A stretch of 64,000 bases of DNA from Chloroflexota bacterium (GTDB taxonomy: Bacteria; Chloroflexota; UBA11872). Shown here piece by piece: positions 57,243-64,000 of the stretch; the first letter of the stretch is position 1, and each line of letters begins with the position of its first letter. The DNA is taken from assembly GCA_965220135.1 (NCBI GenBank), contig OZ244802.1, forward strand, positions 2,532,239-2,596,238. The letters are read 5' to 3'. A program made the translations under genes and the position numbers. The notes under the pieces were generated by a model. The model saw nothing but the letters and a program-made list of their open reading frames with translations. It was not told where the DNA came from and made no database searches.

Positions 57243-57415
57243 CACCGCCGGAAACCTTTGCACAACGCCCCTCGCCCTCGCGAGAGGGACGGCTCTTGTT
57301 CCCTCTTGCCGTGGGAGAGGGTCGGGGTGAGGGTCTTCCGGGCAACCGCCCCAGGATTGCGCAAAGGTCTCTCCTGGGGGAGAGGGTCAGGGTGAGGGGT
57401 CTTCCGGGCGCAACG
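57243..57415. repeat. copy B of the dispersed repeat family, containing an internal ~38-bp tandem direct repeat
   Basis: 57243-57320 aligns to 48744-48822. The unit tgggagagggtcggggtgagggtcttccgggcaac (57305-57340) recurs as gggggagagggtcagggtgaggggtcttccgggcgcaac (57374-57412). The flanking cctttgcacaacgcc and ggattgcgcaaaggtc form an imperfect inverted pair. Confidence 0.6.
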
Positions 57416-57581
57416 CTTCCCAACACCCCAACCCGCGACGGCCTCCATCGCACGCCCGCGCCCGGCGAAGCTCATGCAGCGGCATTTCGGCCAACAACTC
57501 CCGCTTCACTTCGTCCACGCGCCGACGTCGCTCCGGGGTGAAGTCCTTGGTCAGTTCGCTAAACGGATGTCGTCCAGTCAT
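57387..57581 (-). pseudogene. 5' fragment of an XRE/HigA-like HTH antitoxin-family gene that runs into the repeat element
   Basis: MTGRHPFSELTKDFTPERRRRVDEVKRELLAEMPLHELRRARA matches the N-terminal leader plus helix 1 of XRE antitoxin-type HTH proteins. The ORF continues as non-homologous sequence (CDGGRRGLGCWEALRPEDPSP*) inside the 57300-57415 repeat. Confidence 0.45.
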
Positions 57582-57722
57582 TCGATCAACCCCTCCTTTC
57601 GCAACTCCGCCAGCGGCACAAACGCCTCATGGAACCTGTCGTTCCCCGTCTTGTCTCAGCCACCTCAAGGCCTGTCGCCGTTACCATGACTCTTGACGAG
57701 ACTCCCTGAATCCCTCAGCCCC

Positions 57723-59051
57723 ATGCTCGACACCCTCATGTCCGTCGACGAGGCGATCTTCACGCGCCGGACCTGCCGCAAGTTTCGGAAGGACCCGGTG
57801 TCGCCGGAGACCCTCACCAAGATCATCGACGCCGCGCGCTACGCGCCCAGTTCCTGCAACCTGCAGCTCTGGGACTTCGTGCTCGTCAACGACCCCGAGA
57901 CCAAGGCCGAAGTCGCGGAAGAAACCCGCTACGTCCACCTGGCCCCGGTCTCGCTCTTCGTCTCCTACGGCAACAACTACACCCGCGAGAACTACGCCTG
58001 GGTCCAGAGCGCCGCCGCCGCCATCCAGAACATGATGCTCATGGCCCACAGCCTCGGCGTGGCCAGCTGCTGGGTCGACACCCTGGGCGATGTCGACCGC
58101 ATTCGCCGCATTCTGGGCCTGCCGGCCGAGCGCGAAATCCTGGCTCTGGTGCTCTTCGGCTACCCGGAGTTGATCCCCAAGGCCCCCCGCCGCCGCGCCA
58201 TCGACATCCTTCTGCACTACGACAAGTACAAGGGCCGTCTCAACTGGCCCAGCAGCGATGACCCCGAGGAATGGACGCTCGAACAAATCCGCGACTTCCA
58301 GATGGCCAAAATCCGCAACGGCGCCCGCTACAACAAACCCGTGCCCTCGGAACGCGACGCCGTCCTGGAAGCGCTCGAAGACTTCGTCGACGTGCAGGAA
58401 GGCCGCTGGCTGGACGTCCTACCGCTCACCGGCCTCTACACCGAGGAGATCGCTTCCAGGTACCCCAAAGTCGACCTCACCTTCGCCGAAATGACCGACC
58501 AGGTCTTCGAATTCGTCCAGGACCGCGCCCCGCGCACCCTGCGTCACGAGCTCTACCCCGACGCCTTCCACGAGGGCCCCGAGGGCTACGACGTGATGTC
58601 CCTGGTCTTTCGCCTCGAGGGCTACCCGCGCGACGAGCGCCGTAGATTCCTCTCAACCATGCGCCGCCGCATCAACGACGACGGCCAGCTCTTCCTGGCC
58701 TTCATCAACCGCCGCTCCTACCACCGCCCGCTGCGCTGGATGCGCGGCCGCATCGGCCACTCCGGCGTCGAATACGCCCTGGCGCCGGACCCCAGCCTCG
58801 GCCCGTTCAAGGCCGCCACGCCCGGTGAAATCCGCGCCGACCTCCGCGCCACCGGCTGGCGCGTGCGTGACCGCCGCCACTTCTTCGCCATTCCCCCGGG
58901 CGACGAAATCGAGTTCCGCGCCGGTCGCAAGGGCCGCAAAGTCAAGCTCGCCGGCCAGACCCTCACCCGCATCAGCCGCCTGCTCCAGCCGGTCGACCCG
59001 GTCCTCGGGCCAGTGGCCCGCATCCACGCCTGGGACGTCGTACCGGCCTGA
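57723..59051 (+). CDS. nitroreductase-family domain fused to a ~270-aa C-terminal domain of unknown function
   Basis: N-terminal IFTRRTCRKFRKDPV...IIDAARYAPSSCNLQLWDFVLV...SCW are nitroreductase motifs (~res 1-180). The C-terminal half has no clear motif; WLDVLPLTGLYTEEIA is only weakly Rossmann or methyltransferase motif-I-like. Confidence 0.65.
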   Translation: MLDTLMSVDEAIFTRRTCRKFRKDPVSPETLTKIIDAARYAPSSCNLQLWDFVLVNDPETKAEVAEETRYVHLAPVSLFVSYGNNYTRENYAWVQSAAAAIQNMMLMAHSLGVASCWVDTLGDVDRIRRILGLPAEREILALVLFGYPELIPKAPRRRAIDILLHYDKYKGRLNWPSSDDPEEWTLEQIRDFQMAKIRNGARYNKPVPSERDAVLEALEDFVDVQEGRWLDVLPLTGLYTEEIASRYPKVDLTFAEMTDQVFEFVQDRAPRTLRHELYPDAFHEGPEGYDVMSLVFRLEGYPRDERRRFLSTMRRRINDDGQLFLAFINRRSYHRPLRWMRGRIGHSGVEYALAPDPSLGPFKAATPGEIRADLRATGWRVRDRRHFFAIPPGDEIEFRAGRKGRKVKLAGQTLTRISRLLQPVDPVLGPVARIHAWDVVPA

Positions 59052-59061
59052 GGAGGCTCGG

Positions 59062-61107
59062 CTACGTCGAGGTGCGAACCCGGTAGATCACCGCTGCGCC
59101 GGACGGATCCCGAAGGGCTTCCTCGAAGCGCCCGTCCGCCAGCTTCTCCTCAATCGCGGCTGCCTGGGCCTCGGTCAGCTGGGCCGGATCGATCAGCACG
59201 TAGCCGATTTCGAGTTCCTTCAAAGCGCGGTCACTCAGCTCCTGTTGTGCGCGCCAATAGGTGTGCCGGTACTGGTCGACCTGCGAAAGCGAGTGATACC
59301 CGTACGGGACGAACTGGCCGGTCTGGGCTGCGATGTCCAGCGTGATCCCGGGCGCACCGCGGTTAAACAAGTCCACGGTGGTCTGCGCGCCGTGCACGGC
59401 CAGCAGTCGCTCGTGCACCTCGGTTTCCCGCAAGAGGAAGTCACGTGCGCCCGGCGGTAGCCGGTCCACCGTCACGGGCGGCTGCCCCACCATGCGCGGC
59501 CAGGCCATGGCCGAAAACACGAACGCCCCGCACAGAACGCCCGCCGCCAACAGCGCGGCGCCGCCGGCTAACCTCCGCCGCAGGCCGGCTGCCGGAAGCC
59601 GCTCGGCGCCCAGGATGGCCAGCGCGGGGACGGTCAGGGTGAACCCGGTCTGTGCCAGGCGGTTCAGATTCGGCGCGGACTCTTCGGCCCTCAGGGCGAT
59701 CACCACGGCCACGTTTATCGCGGCGATCAGCAGCCAGGGAGTGGCGTCGCTTGCCCCGCGCCGATAGGCAATCCACCCAAGCGCGAGGGCCAGCAGCCAG
59801 AACAGCAGCCCGCCGTCAACCAGGAATTCGGCGCTCAGAATGGGGGTGTCGTGCCGTCCCTGTGTAGGCCACGTTACCCAAGGGCCCGAGCTATTGAACC
59901 CCCAACTGGGCAGGCTGCCGAAATGCGCGCTGTTTGGCGCCAGTTCAAGACGCCCCAGGTCGGGGTCGTCGCCGAATGTTCCGGCCAAGACGCCGCTGGT
60001 GGTCTGGGCCAGCAGCAGAGCCAGAACAGTGACGGCCGCCAGCACGGCCGAGGCGGCCATCGCCTGCCGAGGCCGCGAAGGACGCCGCACCCAGAACCAC
60101 AGGCCCAGCCCGGTCGGCACCGTCAGCATCAGGAACTCATTGCTGGGCGCCAGGTAGACGAGCGCCGCCGCCGCGACCGCCCACGTCGCGAGCGAATACC
60201 CCCGCCAGATCCGCGTGACGGCTGCGATGGCGACAACCGCCGGAATCAAGCCATGCAGCGCGGTGACGTTGTGCGTGGCCATGGCAAAGGGACCGCCCAG
60301 GAACAGTCCGCTCCACGCGATCGTCTCGGGCGCTCCCACGATTACGCCCAGCACGTCGCCCAGCCCCCGCTCCCGGATGGCCGCGGGCGTCAGTAGCCAA
60401 TACAGCGGCCCCCAGGCATAGGCCACGGCCGCGCCGCCCAGCGCCCATCCCGGACCAATCCGGCCGGCCAGCGCCCCGTACAGCGTCAGCACCAGGACGA
60501 CGGCGGTTGACGCCACCAGGTGAGGCATCACGGCCGGCGTCAGCACGTCCAGCAGGTCCACCGCGCCCGCGCCCAGCGTGTGCAGCGTGACGCGGTACTG
60601 GAGCGCGTATTCCGGCTCGAACGGATTGACCACCGGGAAGTTGCCGCGCGCGATGCCGGCCACCAGCCCGCTGTGCATGTACAGCGTGCCCGCATCCGCG
60701 CGTCCCACGGTTCCCTCGGCCCAGAAGGCGAGAGCAGAGAGATAGGCCAGCAACCCGGCGACCGAAACGCCGGCGATCGTGAGGCGGCGGTCCCGACGCG
60801 GTTCGGGCGCGGGCAACCGCCGCAGGACCAGCGCGCCAAGCGCGCACAAGACACCCGCCACCAGGAGCGCGCTGCCCACGGGCATGACTCGCGGCAGCCA
60901 GAGCAGCGGCAGCCCCAGCGCCACCAGCCCGACCCCGCTGCCCAGGGCGGCGCGACTCAGCCGCGTGGGCGCCGCCAACACGCTGGCGGCCACGCGATAT
61001 CCCAGCGCGCCGGCGGCGGCCAGACACAAGATCAGCGCGGTCAGACTGAGCCACATCATGACCCGCGAGTGTGACGAGGGCGCCCGCGGTCCGCAATGGA
61101 CGGCCAA
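59062..61107 (-). CDS. large polytopic membrane protein, putative GT-C-type glycosyltransferase (uses lipid-linked sugar donors)
   Basis: About 665-680 aa, at least 12 predicted TM helices, and a soluble C-terminal ~150 aa. Adjacent and divergent to a Dpm1/GtrB-like GT2. Start is ambiguous: TTG at 61107 or ATG-ATG at 61059. Confidence 0.5.
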   Translation of the reverse strand: MAVHCGPRAPSSHSRVMMWLSLTALILCLAAAGALGYRVAASVLAAPTRLSRAALGSGVGLVALGLPLLWLPRVMPVGSALLVAGVLCALGALVLRRLPAPEPRRDRRLTIAGVSVAGLLAYLSALAFWAEGTVGRADAGTLYMHSGLVAGIARGNFPVVNPFEPEYALQYRVTLHTLGAGAVDLLDVLTPAVMPHLVASTAVVLVLTLYGALAGRIGPGWALGGAAVAYAWGPLYWLLTPAAIRERGLGDVLGVIVGAPETIAWSGLFLGGPFAMATHNVTALHGLIPAVVAIAAVTRIWRGYSLATWAVAAAALVYLAPSNEFLMLTVPTGLGLWFWVRRPSRPRQAMAASAVLAAVTVLALLLAQTTSGVLAGTFGDDPDLGRLELAPNSAHFGSLPSWGFNSSGPWVTWPTQGRHDTPILSAEFLVDGGLLFWLLALALGWIAYRRGASDATPWLLIAAINVAVVIALRAEESAPNLNRLAQTGFTLTVPALAILGAERLPAAGLRRRLAGGAALLAAGVLCGAFVFSAMAWPRMVGQPPVTVDRLPPGARDFLLRETEVHERLLAVHGAQTTVDLFNRGAPGITLDIAAQTGQFVPYGYHSLSQVDQYRHTYWRAQQELSDRALKELEIGYVLIDPAQLTEAQAAAIEEKLADGRFEEALRDPSGAAVIYRVRTST

Positions 61108-61222
61108 CGCTCGCCTAAACTGCGCAAGTTCGTGGCGCTGACGGCGTGGCGTGGCCGTTGATTGGTAGGGCCCCGCGGTCGTAGACCCGTCAAAGGTTGA
61201 AGTGCGCCGTCACGCAATCGAA

Positions 61223-61972
61223 ATGGCCTCCATGCTTCTAACCATTGTGGTGCCGGCCTACAACGAGGCCGAGCGCCTTGGACGGACGCTGCCGCAGATC
61301 CTCGCCTGGCTGTCGACGTTTCCCGAAGGCGGGCGAGTTCTGGTCGTCGACGACGGCAGCACCGACGCCACAGGCGACGCCGTGCGCGCACAGATGCCTG
61401 CCCACCCGAACCTGGATCTGATCACGCTGTCACAGCAGAGCGGCAAGGGCGCCGCGGTGCGGGCAGGATTGCTAGCGGCCTCGACGGAGATCGTCGGCTT
61501 CATGGACGCCGACCTGTCAACCGACCTTCAGCACGTGCCGGAGGCTGTGGCTGCTATCCAAAACGGCGCCGATGTCGTCATTGGTTCTAGAGCGCTGCGC
61601 CGCAGCGAGACCGTCATGCGGCAGCCGGCCTATCGACGGGCCGGCGCACGGATTTTCCGCGAGCTGGCTCGTCAGGTCGGTGGTCTGCCCGGTACGCCCG
61701 ACTCGCAGTGCGGGTTCAAGTTTTTTCGCGGCTCCGTGGCGCATGATCTCTTTGGCTCAACCGTGGTCGAACGTTGGATGTTCGACCTTGAGATCCTTCG
61801 GCTGGCGCGGCACCGGAACTACACCGTTCATCAGCTCCCCGTTGAATGGACGAATGACCCCGACTCGCGGCTGCGTCTGACGGTGGACACGCTGCGCATG
61901 ACGCGTGACCTGGCGCGAATCCGCTGGCGCTTCCTCAACGGCCGCTACGGCCCGCCGGGACGACCCGACTAG
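61223..61972 (+). CDS. GT2 family glycosyltransferase, polyprenyl-phosphate sugar synthase-like (Dpm1/GtrB/ArnC type)
   Basis: IVVPAYNEAERL, VVDDGSTDAT, DADLSTD and QCGFKFF motifs. Confidence 0.8.
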   Translation: MASMLLTIVVPAYNEAERLGRTLPQILAWLSTFPEGGRVLVVDDGSTDATGDAVRAQMPAHPNLDLITLSQQSGKGAAVRAGLLAASTEIVGFMDADLSTDLQHVPEAVAAIQNGADVVIGSRALRRSETVMRQPAYRRAGARIFRELARQVGGLPGTPDSQCGFKFFRGSVAHDLFGSTVVERWMFDLEILRLARHRNYTVHQLPVEWTNDPDSRLRLTVDTLRMTRDLARIRWRFLNGRYGPPGRPD

Positions 61973-62040
61973 GGCCAGCCAGTGCGTCCTGCCCGCCACC
62001 CATCCCTGGCCGCCACGACCGGCGGCACGGCCTAACCGCC

Positions 62041-62727
62041 ATGGGCGACCTGATCACCGCCACGCGCGAATTCCTGCTGGAGTTCCTGGAAGCCAACCAG
62101 TACCTGGCGCTGGCCATCTACGTCGGCGTGGAAGAGGCCGGCGTTCCGTTCCCCGTGCCGGCCGACACCGCCATCGTGCTGATGGGATATCAGGTCTACC
62201 GCGGCGTGGCCAATCCCGTCGCCGTGGTGGCCACCGTCGTGGTCTCGGCCACGGCCGGCGCGTCCGTGCTCTATTGGCTGGCCCGGCTGATCGGACCGCG
62301 CCTCATCGACCGCTTTGGACGGGCGCTCCACATCACGCCCGAGCGGCGTGAGCGCGTCGAGCGTTGGATTCACCGCTATGAGGTGCCGGCGGTTGTCATC
62401 GGTCGGCTCATACCCGGCTTTCGGATCGTCATCACGGTCGTGGCCGGCGCGGCCCGTGCCAGTTTCTGGAAGTTCCTGCCGTCGGCCGCCCTGTCGGCGC
62501 TGATCTGGGCGGTCATTTACATGGGCATCGGCTGGGGTCTGGGCGATCAGTACGAACGGGTGGCGTCAGCGGTTGAAGCCGATCCCCGCGTTGGGTTCGG
62601 CATCGTGCTGGCCGCGGTCGTCGTTGTCGGCGGCCTGGTGGCGTTCCGGTTTCGTCGGCGCTTGTTCAGACAAGTCCGGATACGCAAGCTCGGCCGCGAC
62701 GGCGATTCCTCGCCGCCACCGCCCTAG
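62041..62727 (+). CDS. DedA family (VTT domain) membrane protein
   Basis: EAGVPFPVPADTAIVLMGY and the RLIPGFR motif typical of DedA proteins. Confidence 0.7.
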   Translation: MGDLITATREFLLEFLEANQYLALAIYVGVEEAGVPFPVPADTAIVLMGYQVYRGVANPVAVVATVVVSATAGASVLYWLARLIGPRLIDRFGRALHITPERRERVERWIHRYEVPAVVIGRLIPGFRIVITVVAGAARASFWKFLPSAALSALIWAVIYMGIGWGLGDQYERVASAVEADPRVGFGIVLAAVVVVGGLVAFRFRRRLFRQVRIRKLGRDGDSSPPPP

Positions 62728-63134
62728 GGGGTCGTTCGCTCAGCCTCGCTCAGGCGTCCGTTGCGGCCGACGACCCGCTTGATCAGGGTCAGCCAACTCG
62801 ACGAGCCGTGGCCGCGCCAGTCCAGGTCGTCCTGCAGTTTCATCAGCCGGTCCATGCGGCCCAGCCGCTCGGCCCGCTCATAGATGCGCAGCCAGACGCA
62901 GGGCAAGGTCGGGTCGGTCTCGCACATGCCGTAGACGTCGGTCCCCCCGCACGGCCCGTCCCTCAGCCCCTTGGGGCAGGCCATCGGGCAGATGAAGGCC
63001 GTGTCCTGCAGGATGCAGTGCCCGCACATCTGGCAGCCGAAGAGAGGGCGTTTCACCAGGCGCTCCACCAGCGTGAAGGCCTGAACCGGGGCGTCGCGCA
63101 AGGCTCGCTGCGCGGTCACCTGCGTAATGTTCAC
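62724..63134 (-). CDS. MTHFR_C-like zinc-ribbon domain protein (standalone methylenetetrahydrofolate-reductase C-terminal domain homolog)
   Basis: GCQMCGHCILQDTAFICPMACPKGLRDGPCGG cysteine cluster. 136 aa. 4-nt overlap with the upstream DedA gene end. Confidence 0.45.
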   Translation of the reverse strand: MNITQVTAQRALRDAPVQAFTLVERLVKRPLFGCQMCGHCILQDTAFICPMACPKGLRDGPCGGTDVYGMCETDPTLPCVWLRIYERAERLGRMDRLMKLQDDLDWRGHGSSSWLTLIKRVVGRNGRLSEAERTTP

Positions 63135-63203
63135 GGCGTACCGGGACCCGTCTTGCAGTTCAGGTCGTCAAGTATATGGCCGGGGGCGCGCCGGCCCCCG
63201 CAC

Positions 63204-63821
63204 TCAGGTCGACGCGCCGCCCTGACCGGCAGCCGGCGTGGGCCTCACCGTCGGCGGCGTGATCCGGCGTTCCGGAATCAGCAGGCGACGCCCGACAAAC
63301 AGCTGTGACGGATCGGTGATCTCGTTGATTTCGGCCAGGTCCTCCACCGTGACGTCCAGTTCCTGCGAGATCGCGTACAGCGTGTCGCCCGCCTTCACGG
63401 TGTACACGTCCGAGGCGTCGCCCCCGCCGGCAACCGGCGTCTCCGGCTGGACGCGCTCGCCGGGTTGCGGCAACTCGAGCTTCTGCCCCGCGAAAATGCT
63501 ATTGGGATCGGCCAGTTGATTCTTGCCCTGCAGGTCTTCGACCGTGATCCCGAATCGCTCGGCAATGGCGAGCAGCGTGTCGCCCGGCTGCACGGTGTAC
63601 GTCTGCGGGGCTGGCGTGGGCGTGGGGGTCGCCTCAGGCGTGGGTGTCGGGCTGGGCGTCGGAGTCTCGGCCGTCTCGGGCGTGGCCGTGGCCGTCTCGG
63701 TCTGGAGGCCTATGCCGCCGCCCTCCGTCGCCTGCGTGTACAGGACGTACGCCACAGCGCCCAGGATCAGCAGCCCGAGCACTCCCAGGACCAACTCGCG
63801 GCGCGAACTGTCCAGCCCCAC
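63204..63821 (-). CDS. membrane-anchored protein with two LysM domains
   Basis: N-terminal TM helix, PT-rich linker, then YTVQPGDTLLAIAERFGITVEDLQGKN and YTVKAGDTLYAISQELDVTVEDLAEIN. Confidence 0.8.
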   Translation of the reverse strand: MGLDSSRRELVLGVLGLLILGAVAYVLYTQATEGGGIGLQTETATATPETAETPTPSPTPTPEATPTPTPAPQTYTVQPGDTLLAIAERFGITVEDLQGKNQLADPNSIFAGQKLELPQPGERVQPETPVAGGGDASDVYTVKAGDTLYAISQELDVTVEDLAEINEITDPSQLFVGRRLLIPERRITPPTVRPTPAAGQGGAST

Positions 63822-64000
63822 TCACCTCCGGCGCTTCCGGGTGTAAAACCCTTCATGCGGCTGGCTGACACAGCGCGAGTATAGGCACGCGACGGCGGAC
63901 GCGGACGTACCATGCGTGGATGCACGCGCTTGTACTGGCGGCGGGCTGGGCCACGCGGCTGGGATCCATTACCGGCGGCGGGCCGAAGCACTTGCTGCCC

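Noticed and set aside
57300-57415. Possible CRISPR array (direct repeats of about 35 bp)
   Set aside because: There are only two imperfect copies with about 70-bp spacing. They are part of a larger dispersed repeat unit that also occurs at 48.7 kb. No cas genes are present.

Overview
This is a high-GC (about 70%) bacterial chromosomal segment that spans the replication origin. I could not assign the organism from sequence alone; composition and gene content are compatible with a high-GC thermophile-like lineage such as Chloroflexota/Thermomicrobia or Actinomycetota. On the minus strand dnaA (10768-12138) is followed by a 370-bp spacer and then parB (9569-10396). The spacer carries a cluster of TTATCCACA DnaA boxes and an AT-rich patch. 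A parS-like palindrome lies at 200-215. No parA or dnaN is present next to dnaA. I count about 66 credible protein-coding genes or gene fragments (listed under features).

Housekeeping and metabolic genes: a UvrD-like helicase, class A PBP1A, sbcD-sbcC, rsuA-family pseudouridine synthase, rhomboid protease, two DedA proteins, TerC, OsmC, a NUDIX hydrolase, glyoxalase/VOC proteins, three Gfo/Idh/MocA oxidoreductases, sugar-phosphate isomerase TIM barrels, two glycoside-hydrolase-like beta-propeller proteins, a PEP-mutase/isocitrate-lyase family enzyme, an S33 peptidase lipoprotein, an isochorismatase-like hydrolase, an aldo/keto reductase, and a GT2 transferase with a large polytopic membrane partner.

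Accessory content is concentrated in four places:
1. A four-gene cluster of paralogous PspC/LiaF-like envelope-stress membrane proteins at 24.3-27.2 kb.
2. A toxin-antitoxin patch at 41.5-43.3 kb: vapBC, a HicB-like UPF0150 protein, an XRE HTH protein, and an orphan HigA-like antidote.
3. A second PIN toxin at 45.9-46.8 kb with an atypical 134-aa upstream partner. It sits between a full-length GH-like gene and a 5' fragment of a paralog of that gene.
4. A roughly 6.8-kb segment of clearly lower GC at about 50.3-57.1 kb. It encodes a 907-aa protein with four N-terminal TM helices and a large unassignable cytoplasmic domain, a convergent DNase-I-like EEP nuclease, a PD-(D/E)xK-like protein, and a secreted RCC1-repeat protein. 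The segment is bounded by a truncated P-loop kinase gene on one side and, on the other, by a truncated XRE HTH gene that runs into copies of a dispersed GC-rich repeat. I consider this the best candidate for an undescribed horizontally acquired, possibly defence-related module.

Other points of note:
- The helicase carries an N-terminal RelE/ParE-like domain.
- At least four genes appear to need CTG start codons: the CrtI-like oxidoreductase, vapC, the HigA-like antidote, and a small membrane protein.
- An AAC(3)-family N-acetyltransferase is present.
- Tandem palindromic operators overlap an arsR promoter.

By eye I found no rRNA, tRNA, CRISPR array, transposase or integrase.
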